From NCBI GenBank assembly GCA_040954595.2, contig CM082595.2, positions 4,428,137 to 4,492,136 on the forward strand: a stretch of 64,000 bases of DNA, in the 5' to 3' direction. Of the stretch, positions 53,040 to 64,000 are shown one piece after another; position 1 is the stretch's first letter; the number at the start of each line of letters is the position of its first letter. This DNA is from Balanoglossus misakiensis (Eukaryota; Animalia; Hemichordata). Under the pieces are notes generated by a model that searched no databases, was not told where the DNA came from, and saw only the letters and a program-made list of their open reading frames with translations. A program made the position numbers and the translations under genes.

Positions 53040-55094
53040 CTGCAAACAGATAAGAAAAAAATCCGTCTGGGCTTTTTAGGTGGAAGTAAACGTGGACAAA
53101 AGCTGCTGTACTGGATACAGACCGCACACCATCATGCAAATTAGTAATGACGTACTACAAAGGGTCACCCGGTGGAGGAAAGAAATGTCACGTGACTGCT
53201 GTTGACTACCGCTGTGTCCACAGTCACTATGCTGTGTCTGTGACTATATCATGTGCGAATGATTTATTTGTGATACAAGCGCCCTCGTAGGGCCGTTGTC
53301 AGTGACGATTTATACTGGACGTAAGGTCTATGATTTATTCAGATAGGCACAATAACCGATTTAAAAAAGTTCCACGCATGTCCCGTGGGACTCTCTCGCC
53401 TCGCGACACCGGGTAAATAACGTACTTTACAGTTAGAACCAACACTGCATAGCATTCAACTAGCTGGGATTCAACCCCTGGCGCACGTATAGTAACAGAC
53501 ATGACAGGCGAATTAAGAGTGACACTTCCGACAATGTGACATCAATCATCGCAGGGAAAACGACACGCGTATTGCATAATGTATAGTGGGTTCACACCTC
53601 CCTCGGCGCAACTCAAAACGACCTTTAACACTCTTTGAGAGTAATCGGAATCGTAACAAGATCGGTGACCCCCAAGGTCAAATTGATTTACATTGCAACT
53701 GGTCCCCAGTCGCCACGATGACAACTAAATTAAATATTTATCAGGTTTTAATGCGACTGAAATCCAACGCAGCTTCCTTGAGTAACACATACATAGGCGA
53801 ACAACAACCCCGTCCAAGACATAAACCGATTTATCCCCAAAAAGGTACGTGACGACCCGAGCAAGTCTGAGGTGACAGGGAAAGCAGACTGCTCGCCTCG
53901 TCATTTGTGTGCGCGCTCGTGCGTATTGTTCAGCCCATAAGCTTACACATGCACTTATCAAGTGGCACTAAGATTCATGCCTTGGCTCTATCTACAATGT
54001 AAGTTAATGGAGAATAGAGTGCTGCAATATATTCCCAGTCTTTCCCTGCGTGCCTGTTGAAATTACTGCGTAGACCTTTATTTCTTAGAATTTATTATTA
54101 TGGGTAATGTACGTATCTGTAGGGAACCATTATAGAAGGGTAACAGTCATAAAATTTGCCTATTAAGAAAACAGAAGGCATAGTAAATTGTCAAGTTTTA
54201 TCACCATATCGTTCCCTTCACACACTAGAACACACTTTGCATGCAAAACTGCCATAACCAGAGCAGAGGGCCTGGTATTGAAGCAGCCTGGGAAAAGAAA
54301 GACAGCGAGCAAGCAAAGCATGAATGTTAATGAGGGAGGAGGAGGAACCACGTGGAATGATGAAAGAGGGGTAGTGCGCCCTCACACGTAGTGCTGAGGT
54401 CATGCCTCTTTCTACGTCCCTAGCAATTTCAGGTCAAATGTTTGAGTGTTCAGACATGAAACCGTGCATTTTAGGCAATATTTAGAAGAAGCATCAATTT
54501 AGGAGTATATATGAAGCTGACGTGAAACTGTGATGTCACCAGATACAGGCGTTCATGGTTTCCGGGAATGACGTGTGACAGGCACAACCCCAGGCATGGA
54601 TACAAATTCACATCAAACATGATTTGAACTATTCTGGGATAATTGTATGAGAATAAAATGTGCACAAATATCAAGACAGCCTTGGGATTATTCCGTTTTC
54701 CTTAAATACAACAAATATTTATCATTTTATGCATTTTTCATATACACTGATCCCAAATTAGTTCCAATCGTGATATCTGCAAACAACTACACATTGTGCA
54801 GTGGGGAACTACACTAGTAAATAGGGACAAAGGTCAGGTCGAAAGTTAAAATAGATGAAAGTAGTTAGTAGCTGGGTTATTGGTTACTGAAACACCCCTT
54901 TGGAAGGTAACGTGTCAAATGTTGCAGATTACTAGCCGTAAGAAAATTAGCCTGGGTTGCCGAGTGGGTGATTTCCTGTACCATGCTTCTGCCCTGGACT
55001 GGGGCAAGAACACGACGCTAGAAATCACACACTGGGTAGCAGACATGGGGAAGGTAGAGACTACTGTAGCTATTGTGTAACTATTGTGAGACCA

Positions 55095-55207
55095 TAGTCT
55101 GAGAATCTTGACTTCTCCATCCGCTGTTTGGAGAGCATACTATTTCCTGTGGTGAATGAAGACCTGTGACCAGGACCATTGTGTTGAGACTTTGGTCTCT
55201 CAGGCTA
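55095..55207. mobile_element. Degenerate short hairpin MITE-like element (a similar one at about 35865-35935)
   Basis: TAGTCTGAGA...TCTCAGGCTA imperfect inverted ends. Confidence 0.4.
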
Positions 55208-55522
55208 CAGTAGTACCTTACTCCGCCATGCACGGATCTAGTCTATCAGGCAATGATTTCGTGCTACAGGAAAAGGTTCAAACACAGGTTTTTCGACCGA
55301 GGCAATAGCTTCTATAGGGTGTCTCAGTAATTGTTACGTAATATGCAAATCTCCGTTACGCATGATATACCAGGCTGCTTTTTTGCCGAAACATATTTGC
55401 CTGATGGGAGCAAGCATTCTCGTTGATAACAGGTTAGTCGTGAGCATTATCATTATCTTTCATTATGCACTCAACAGGAGAATAATTGGATCACCTCAAA
55501 CCGGAAGCGGAAGTAGCGCCAT

Positions 55523-55734
55523 CTAGTGGTCAGTGGGAGAATTCAGGCCTATATTTGATGTGTCGATGAAGGCATGAGCTGGCGACATTTTGGCCCGAAC
55601 ACTGCGAACGGAGATTGCTATGGTAACCAGCCACATGGACATGACTCCTACGAGAATGACAACTTCCTCGGTGGTCATTTTGCGTTGCTCGCTTCCATTC
55701 CCGGCGTACTCCGAGTAGGAATAATCGTCTACGG
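55523..55734 (-). CDS. Proximal alternative terminal exon A: stalk, transmembrane helix, short tail
   Basis: Phase-1 acceptor ttttcgttcacag. MTTEEVVILVGVMSMWLVTIAISVR resembles the FNDC4/5 TM motif (EV.I.V.V..MW...IA...R). TAG at 55523; AATAAA candidates at 54096-54091 and 54082-54077. Confidence 0.65.
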
Positions 55735-56429
55735 CTGTGAACGAAAAGGTTGCATGGTGAAGATGGGGAAATGGGGGAACGAGTTGGAAAATCGTTATAG
55801 CACACACGCCATTTAGGGCTAAATAAGTTGCACCTGCGGTGTCTGGAAGACAATAAGAAACATGGGTAAAGGAGATACATGTATACTGTGACAGAGAGCA
55901 GCAAAAGATATGTGAAGACGATGGACAGAATGAAATGAAAAACGAAATGCAGTAAAAAGGATTGAATAATACCATAAGCCAATCTCAGCTGGATAAATGA
56001 TAATACATGACAAGTCATCTCAGTGCTGTAGGCATTTAGTCCAAAGATGACTCGAAATTCAAAGTGGAGTGAACAGTCGCACAAAGCAGGCGCTATTTCT
56101 TTGGAAATCAGAACTGGGAGTTTCACATTCTGGTCATGTCACCAGAGCCTCCTATGATGGGCACATCATCAATACTTGCATGAAAACCATGCATGAATTT
56201 GTGCCACCGTCCTCTGTCAATTTATACTTAAGCTCAAGGTGGGGTTCTACCTGCCCACTGGCAACGTTCTCGCGTTTTCACGGCCGATTGGAAGCGTTAA
56301 CCATGACTATGAGTTCGCCAACCAATGGAGCAATGATTAATAAACAGTAGAACAAACAGAACACCAAATCTCCAAAACCATAGGCTGTTTAACATGTCGA
56401 CATAGAATATTCAGAATCGATATACTCAC

Positions 56430-56717
56430 GACTTGTGTCTGTCGTAAATTGCCTCGCTTCACTTGGACGGCTGTTCCCATCCTCGTTCACGGACCACATG
56501 TAGACAAGGTAATCGGTCCCCGGGTGCAAATCACCCAAAACATAGGAACTATAGCCCTTGTCGAGATCTGTTATCGTCTTGGAGTTACCGCCAATTTTTG
56601 TGTGCAAGAGTCCGAAGGCCTCGATCTCTTCTCTGTCTTGTTGCACATCCCACGATATGACGGCAGAGTCTTCGATGATGTTCGAAATTGTAATGTTATG
56701 CGGGGGAAGAGGCACAC
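56430..56717 (-). CDS. FNDC5: Fibronectin type III domain exon of an FNDC4/FNDC5-like type I membrane protein
   Basis: VPLPPHNITISNIIEDSAVISWD...YVLGDLHPGTDYLVYMWSVNEDGNSRPS...FTT is a canonical FN3 pattern. Acceptor tcttacag, donor C|GTGAGT, 288 nt, phase 1-1. The symbol is family-level; FNDC4 and FNDC5 cannot be distinguished. Confidence 0.85.
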
Positions 56718-58602
56718 CTGTAAGACACACCAGCCATATTGTCAGTTTCCATACCAACGCACGCTTCATTAAAAATTGTCGTCTGCGCAAGTTTTCGAAC
56801 AATTTTCATTTCCGATTTTCATGATATGTATTCTGTCGTTTCCAGTGCAATTATCAGTCAGGACACAGTCCCTCCACACACGGTGGACAAAGGATAACAA
56901 CTGACGTCATAGCCAGCTCGGCAAATTCATGACGTCATAGCCAGTGTCGCGAATCGATACCGAAATCTCTAAGTGCTATGCTATAGTTTGCTTTTGCTAA
57001 TCCGCGACTAAACATAGATCTATCATGACGGAAAATCAAATAATTATTTGGATTTCACAGTCTGTACGGAAACCTCGCTCTGTGGGGTTAATTCACGGCA
57101 AGCATTAATTACGTTCTGGCGTATCGTAAATTACCGATTTAATCACGCTTACACAAGCCAGCTACACACGACGGAGTTCAATTGAATGGAATGATTTGAT
57201 TAGCAAGAAAAACACAGAAACCCCTTAGCTTTCAAATCGACCAGGAAAGCATTATTCCCCATAAACTTCGGTCAATACGCAGCTGAACGGTGACAAGTGG
57301 TTACAAGTTTATCTGGGTAATTCGATTCTTGATTAGACCCTTGAAATGTTGCTATTCAATATAATAAAGTTTTGCTTTACTGCGCGGTTGTCGAAGCACA
57401 AGCCGTCTGTAGCGAGAGAAAATCGCGTTAAAAGTAACACCACCGATCGATAAAATCGACTTTGTTAGCAGATGTTATCTCGTTGTTGGTTTTTTTGTCG
57501 ATTTTATCGGTGTTTTGTAGCTTTAATTTGTCTGCCTAGATGTTTCAAATGATGAATTATTACTGTAGACAAGGATTTGTGCAGTCAGATAAGCAACACC
57601 CGCATATCTTGTGAAGATTTGATTCGTCCGGAATGATAAACACACCTTTACGCGACCAATTATCATCTGGAGTGATCAAATTGCACCAAGCCATCTCGCT
57701 TATCAAGTTGTTTGGCATCAGCCTGTCACAAGCGAGGAGTAATCATTGTTTTGGCGTCTTCGAAGCAATTACGGAGCGTTTAAGGCAGTCGGTAAGAGGC
57801 GCATCTCGGGGCTGTAAACCGCCCAAGATAGCCCGATAAGCCTCGCTAATACCCTTTTCTGGTTAAACCGCTCGGAAATGAGAGAAACGGTCTCATCAAC
57901 CGGATAAACCGTCTCTCCCGGATGCATTATCCTGGATTTAAATGAAAGCAAAGCCACTGCTGTGCCGGTCGTCAAGTGACGAATGCAACTTCACTGTGAC
58001 AGCCATTACAATTCAGTAGCCAATCATAATGCAGTAACCGAACGAATACAGCTTAGTAGTGGTAAACTACATTTCCTTTGCCGCCAACATCCGGGTTACT
58101 AATTCCCCGACTCATACAAAACCAATCTCCCAGCATTCGTCTCCTAGTAGCGCAATTACATCAAGCCAGGTCGTTTACTGTGCAGTGTTCTTTTACATTA
58201 GAACAGATTACACAGATCATTAATTTTATGATATTTTCGCGATTCACGAGTGTTTGTAATTGCATGCTTTCTGAATAAAGTCTTTGTTTAGGGGATTTGG
58301 TTGGGATTTTGTAAAATGGATTCTGCCAAATTATAAAAGAAAGTTAACACAAAAGAACGTTCATCCCTTTTCTAAAATCCTGATATAAACATGAAAGCCT
58401 CTACGTCCCTAAATGACTGTTTTATGAGAATTTTGTTTTACGGAGGATGGACTGACTGACGCCTACGCTACGTAGAGGTTAAAGGTAAAAAAACACACAT
58501 ATAATCCTGTACTGTGCAAGAAAACCTAGAATATGATATGAAAGACACAGTCTGTCTTTTATGTCCGTGTCTCACATATATTCACATATACACACGTACA
58601 TT

Positions 58603-58675
58603 AACATAAACGGCGTCTTGTATCAAACATAATTAGTGTAAAAAGGGCAGCAAGAGAAAGACTTTGTCCCTTTAA
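58603..58675 (-). mobile_element. Third copy of the 9245 dispersed repeat
   Basis: AACATAAACGGCGTCTTGTATCAAACATAAT...AAAAAGGGCAGCAAGAGAAAGACTTTGTCCCT-TTAA. Confidence 0.65.
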
Positions 58676-60077
58676 TTAATAAATGGTCGTTTATAACCCA
58701 AAACTATAATGAGGAGTATTGGTTTACATCCAATATAAATGAGTACAAAGATCAGAGTTAATTCGTTGTGATCGTCCAGCTAAGTTAAATGACTAATGAG
58801 TCGATAGGAAAATTGTGAACAATAGAAAAATACAGCAGGTTTTGGAATAGTATTAGTTTACTATTAGCAAAAAATAATTTTCCAAACTCCAGGGGGTGTT
58901 TTAATTTCGTGAAGAATTGTGTAATAAGGGGACTGGAAATTAAAGACCACACGACAGCAATTACTCGACGGTGGATCAGACTACATTGATCGAAAGTTTA
59001 CTTCATGAAGTGCGCACAGGCTCGGTTAGGAATATACCACTGTCCGATAGCGGATAAAGTTCGGCAGTATTTTTGGCATTGGAGGCAGAGGGTCAGATTA
59101 AAACGTTGTGATTTGTTGTCATATGGCAGCAGCTATCGCCCCCAACAACAACAGCACACAGTCGAATAGGTCTATCCAACCATCGCATACCCTTAGGAAA
59201 ACAAGATTGAGTTGGCAACGTTTTTGTCTATTCTAAATAGCATACTGACTGCTTGTCAACACAGCCAATGTATACGAACGACAAATCCGATTTTCTAACA
59301 TTCCGTCTGCTCACAGGCCAACGACTGCTATGACGGGTTTGAACAAGAATCTGCAGTCGATACAAAACAAACGAGCAAAGGTTACAGCTAATGGGGCTGT
59401 AGTTTGCGTTGCGCTCCAGAAAAGCTCGAAAGCATATTAATTGTAAACTGTAGATCTCTTGGAGAGCGTCTTACATGACTACACAGACGTGAGAAAACAA
59501 GCAAGACAGACGACAGCTGTACATGTGTCTATTTGACCAACTATCAGGCAAGTATACGCTCCTCCAGAGAACGTGAATTAGCTGACGTTCATAATCGATA
59601 TACCATTCCTAAGTGACCTATCAATCAATCGATCGATCGCTGAATGACACCCTCATTCGGAACAAGTCGACCATCCTATTCAAGCTTTCACCAAATTAGA
59701 TATTAATTCATTCTGACAACGTTTGGAAACCAACGAACAGCTGCATGCATAAAATCAAATAGCTAAAATGTCTGCCTGGGCTATTTCTGAACGCTTCTGT
59801 CTGTAGTCAATATAGGTTCAGGCCAATTTAAAGTATTTATGTTCGCATTAATGTCAATTCAGACCCGGTGGGATTCTCTTTTCACTATTTCTTGTAGAGC
59901 ACTTTTACAGATCTAGAGAATCTAGGATTTGACATGCAGATAGCTAGCTTCTTTTCTTCTCCAGACATGCTGCTCTGGTTCACAGAAAAGGCATAGGATA
60001 ATGGACGCAGGGGACGTGCTAAAGGTCACACGATCGTTCCCTCAATGTCGCGCAGGAGACCAATGTGTATCAAATCT

Positions 60078-63000
60078 TACCAGTGCACGTACGAGGTGCA
60101 CCAGACGAAAAAAAAATCGATAACGCTATTCACCAATATAGCAACAATGTATAAGAACAATAGAAGCAACACCCAAGGAATGTCTACAGCCACAAAACGC
60201 AGACTGAACGAACGAGCAGCACAAATCTTTCCCGCCGCTGCCACCAATAAACAGAAATTATGTCGGACTGAGGTCCCAAAAATTTTCAAGCCTTAATGAA
60301 TGACGAACCTCGGACCAAACAGCCAATGGAACGGTAGCGTAAACATAGCACGATCGAGCCTTGACGGCGAAGACGGGCCGTTACAAGCCCCCGTTCGATT
60401 TACCTTGCACACGGCAAAACGTGCGCTAAGAGACGTGCTGAAAAGACCGACCGACCGACCTGAGCGTTGCGCTCACACAAATACCAAGAAAAACCTCGGA
60501 TTTACGATCCGTAGACAACCAAATCGCTCAGAGGTTACAGAAAAAGTGTTCCCACAAACGTGGAGAAAGGTTTGAACGAAAATATAAGAAAGATAGCGGT
60601 AAAATACGAATTCAGATCACTACAACCGAGAGCACGATGCTCACAGTTCAACCGCCATGTCTCGTCTGGCTTTGAAAGTCGAGGGGAGTCACATACAAGC
60701 AATAAGCCCACGTGATACAACAAGCTCCGCCCACAATCGTAGACAATTGACAGTTTCTCTTGCTATAGGGTTTCTCAGTCTGAGAATCAGGAAAAAGTTG
60801 CATTTCTTGAGATAGGAGTCTGTGTGGGGCGTTGACCTAGCAATTCCGTGACAGTGTGCTTTTATTTCAGTAGCTCTTCATATGACGTCATGAGCGGAAT
60901 CTAGGGGCTCAATCACTATTATAGACTTCCACCCATCAGTTAATCTACTCAAATGACTAACCGATATAATTAAATGCTATTTTCCATAAAATCGTTTATC
61001 TGAGAGATGACTTGTTTATCAACGTTTGAGAAGTCGTGTTAACTTATTGACGTTGCCCATAGCAACAACCAGCACGTCATGGGAGAATGCAATTCGTGTT
61101 TTGAACCAAACTTCGGGTATGCGCCACTGGCAAACAGATTTGAAACATTAAAAAAGTTTGAAGGATAGCTAAGTCTGTCGCTGTTCCATTTAATTGCTGT
61201 CTCCGCATCAATTAGGGCTTTCAAAATTTCTCACTTCACCATCAGGTGACATAAGTGGTGGCAAATCCATAAAATCATCAGGTTGGTGTACATTGGACGC
61301 CTCAACAGACCAACCTGGAGTTTTATCAACTCCTGTTTGTTCAACTTGTGGGTCACTGATTTTATTGTTGACGAATTTTTCCACTGTACCAGAGTGTACC
61401 TGCGAGGCACACTAGACGAAAAAAAATCGATAACGTTATTCAACAATATAGCAACAATGTATAAGAACAATAGAAGCAACACTCAAGGAATGTCTACAGC
61501 TGCAAAATGCAGACTGAACGAACGAGCAGCACAAATATTATCCGACCGCTGCCACCAATAAACAGAAATTATGTCGGTCTGAGGTCCCAAAAATTGTCAA
61601 GCCTTAGTGAATGACGAACCTTGGACCAATAAGCCAACTCAACGGTAGCGTAAACGTAGCACGATCGAGCCCTGACGGCGTAGACGGGCCGTTACAAGTC
61701 CTGGTTCGATTCACCTTGCACACGGCAGAACGTGCGCTAAGAGACGTGCTGAAAAGACCGACCGACCGACCTGAGCGTTCCGCTCACACAAATACCAAGA
61801 AAATCCTCGGAATTACGATCCGTAGACAACTAAATTTCTCAGAGGTTACAGAAACAGTGTTCCCACAAACGTGGAGAAAGGTTTGAACGAAAATATAAGA
61901 AAGATAGAGGTAAAGTGCGAATTCAGATCACTACAACCGAGAACACGATGCTCACAGTTCAACCGCCATGTCTCGTCTGAGATCTGTACCAGAGTGTACG
62001 TGCGAGGCACACTAGACGATAAAAAATCGATAACGCTATTCAACAATATAGCAACAATGTATAAGAACAATAGAAGCAACACCCAAGGAATGTCTACAGC
62101 CACAAAACGCAGACTGAACGAACGAGCAGCACAAATCTTTCCCGCCGCTGCCACCAATAAACAGAAATTATGTCGGACTGAGGTCCCAAAAATTGTCAAG
62201 CCTTAATGAATGACGAACCTCGGACCAAACAGCCAACTCAACGGTAGCGTAAACGTAGCACGATCGAGCCTTGACGTTACAAGCCACCGTTCGATTTACT
62301 TTGCGCACGACAGAACGTGCGCTGAGAGACGTGCTGAAAAGACCGACCGACCGACCTGAGCGTTGCGCTCACACAAATACCAAGAAAAACCTCGGAATTA
62401 CGATCTGTAGACAACTAAATCTCTCAGAGGTTACAGACAAAGTGTTCCCACAAACGTGGAGACAGGTTTGAACGAGAATATAAGAAAGATAGAGGTAAAA
62501 TACGAATTCAGATCATTACAACCGAGAGCACGATGCTCACAGTTCAACGGCCATGTCTCGTCTGCTTTTGTACAAGCAATAAGCCCACGTGATACAACAA
62601 GCTCCGCCCCCAATCGTGGACAATTGACAGTTTCTCTTGCTATAGGGTTTCTCAGTCTGAGAATCAGGAAAAAGTCGCATTTCTTGAGATACGAGTCTTG
62701 TGTGGGGCGTTGACCTAGCGATTCCGTGACAGTGACATGACGTGTGCTTTTATTTCAGTAGCTCTTCAAATAACATCATGAGCGGCATTTAGGGGTTCAC
62801 TCACTCACTCACTCACTATTATAAACTTCCACCCTTTAGTTAAATCTACGATATAATTAAATTCTATTTTCACATAAAACCATTTATCTGAGAGATGACT
62901 TGTTACACAATGTTTCAGAAGTCTTGTAAACTTATTGACGTTGCCCATAGCAACAACCAGCACGTCAATGGGAGAATACAATTCGTGTATTGAACCCAAC

Positions 63001-64000
63001 TTCAAGTATGCGTCAATGGCAAACAGATTTGAAACATTAAGTTGGAAGGATAGCTAAGTCTGCCGCTGTTCCATTTAATTGCTGTCTCCGCATCGAACAG
63101 GACTTTCAAAATTTCTCACTTCACCATCAGGTGACATAAGTGGTGGCAAATCCATAAAATCATCAGGTTGATGTACATTGGACGCCTCAACAGACCGACC
63201 TGGAGTTTTATCAACTCCTGTTTGTTCAACTTGTGCGTAACTGATTTTATTGTCGACGATTTTTTCCACTGTACCACAGAGTGTACGTGCGAGGCACACT
63301 AGACGGAAAAAAAATCGATAACACTATTCAACAAATATAGCAACAATGTATAAGAACAATAGAAGCAACAGCCAAGGAATGTCTACAGCGGCAAAACGCA
63401 GACTGAACGAACAAGCAGCACAAATCTTATCCCACTTCTGCTACCAATGTAAACGGAAATTATGTCGGACTGAGGTCCCAAAAATTTCAAGCCTTTCTAT
63501 AGTGAATGACGAACCAGCCAACTCAACGGTAGCGTAAACGTAGCACGATCGAGCCTTGACGGCGTAGACCGGTCCGTTACAAGCCCTGGTTCGATTTACC
63601 TTGCACACGGCAGAACGTGCGCTAAGAGACGTGCTGAAAAGACCGACCGACCGACCTGAGCGTTGCGCTCACACAAATACCAAGAAAAACCTCGGAATTA
63701 CGATCCGTAGACAACTAAATTTCTCAGAGGTTAGAGAAACAGTGTTCCCACAAACGTGGAGAAAGGTTTGAACGAGAATATAAGAAAGATAGAGGTAAAA
63801 TACGAATTCAGATCACTACAACCGAGAGCACCATGCTCACAGTTCAACCGCCATGTCTCGTCTGGTTTTGAATGTCGAGGGGAGTCACGTATAAGCAAAT
63901 ACGCCCACGTGATACAACAAGCTCCGCCCCCAATAGTGGACAATTGACAGTTTCTCTTGCTATAGGGTTTCTCAGTCTGAGAATCAGGAAAAAGTCGCAT
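60078..64000. repeat. Tandem array of a ~1.3-kb unit: copies start near 60078, 61389 (truncated, about 600 bp), 61989 and 63275 (runs off the window)
   Basis: Long shared strings such as AATATAGCAACAATGTATAAGAACAATAGAAGCAAC and GACGTGCTGAAAAGACCGACCGACCGACCTGAGCGTT recur four times with scattered substitutions and indels. Confidence 0.95.

Noticed and set aside
53440-53500. tRNA/SINE B-box-like sequence (also near 41034)
   Set aside because: No A box or cloverleaf could be built.
56389-56429. Secreted FN3-only isoform by read-through to the stop at 56389
   Set aside because: The donor is consensus GTGAGT and no nearby minus-strand AATAAA or ATTAAA was seen.
60078-64000. LTR/TRIM or protein-coding interpretation of the tandem array
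   Set aside because: No TG...CA-bounded unit, primer-binding site or polypurine tract was seen. ORFs are broken differently in each copy and show no RT, integrase or transposase motifs.

Overview
Animal genomic DNA, AT-rich with GT-AG introns. It is probably an invertebrate deuterostome, inferred from a single Ski/SnoN-type gene with a vertebrate-like C-terminus; the taxon cannot be fixed from the sequence alone. (1) A complete minus-strand Ski proto-oncogene: six coding exons (29383-28469, 8241-7991, 7154-7062, 6730-6540, 6227-6013, 5608-5150) that splice in phase to 707 aa, with a 20-kb first intron, stacked uORFs and a probable 3'UTR of about 4.2 kb. (2) The 3' part of a minus-strand FNDC4/FNDC5 (irisin-precursor)-like gene: one FN3 exon followed by two homologous, phase-compatible transmembrane terminal exons, only one of which has a polybasic furin-type site next to the membrane. 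This is the most interesting observation. (3) A probable 15-nt first coding exon and promoter of another gene at the left edge. (4) A tandem array of a ~1.3-kb unit with promoter-like motifs at the right edge. (5) Several short MITE families, mini- and microsatellites. No prokaryotic systems, CRISPR arrays or convincing RNA genes were found. All coordinates were read by eye and no database searches were run.
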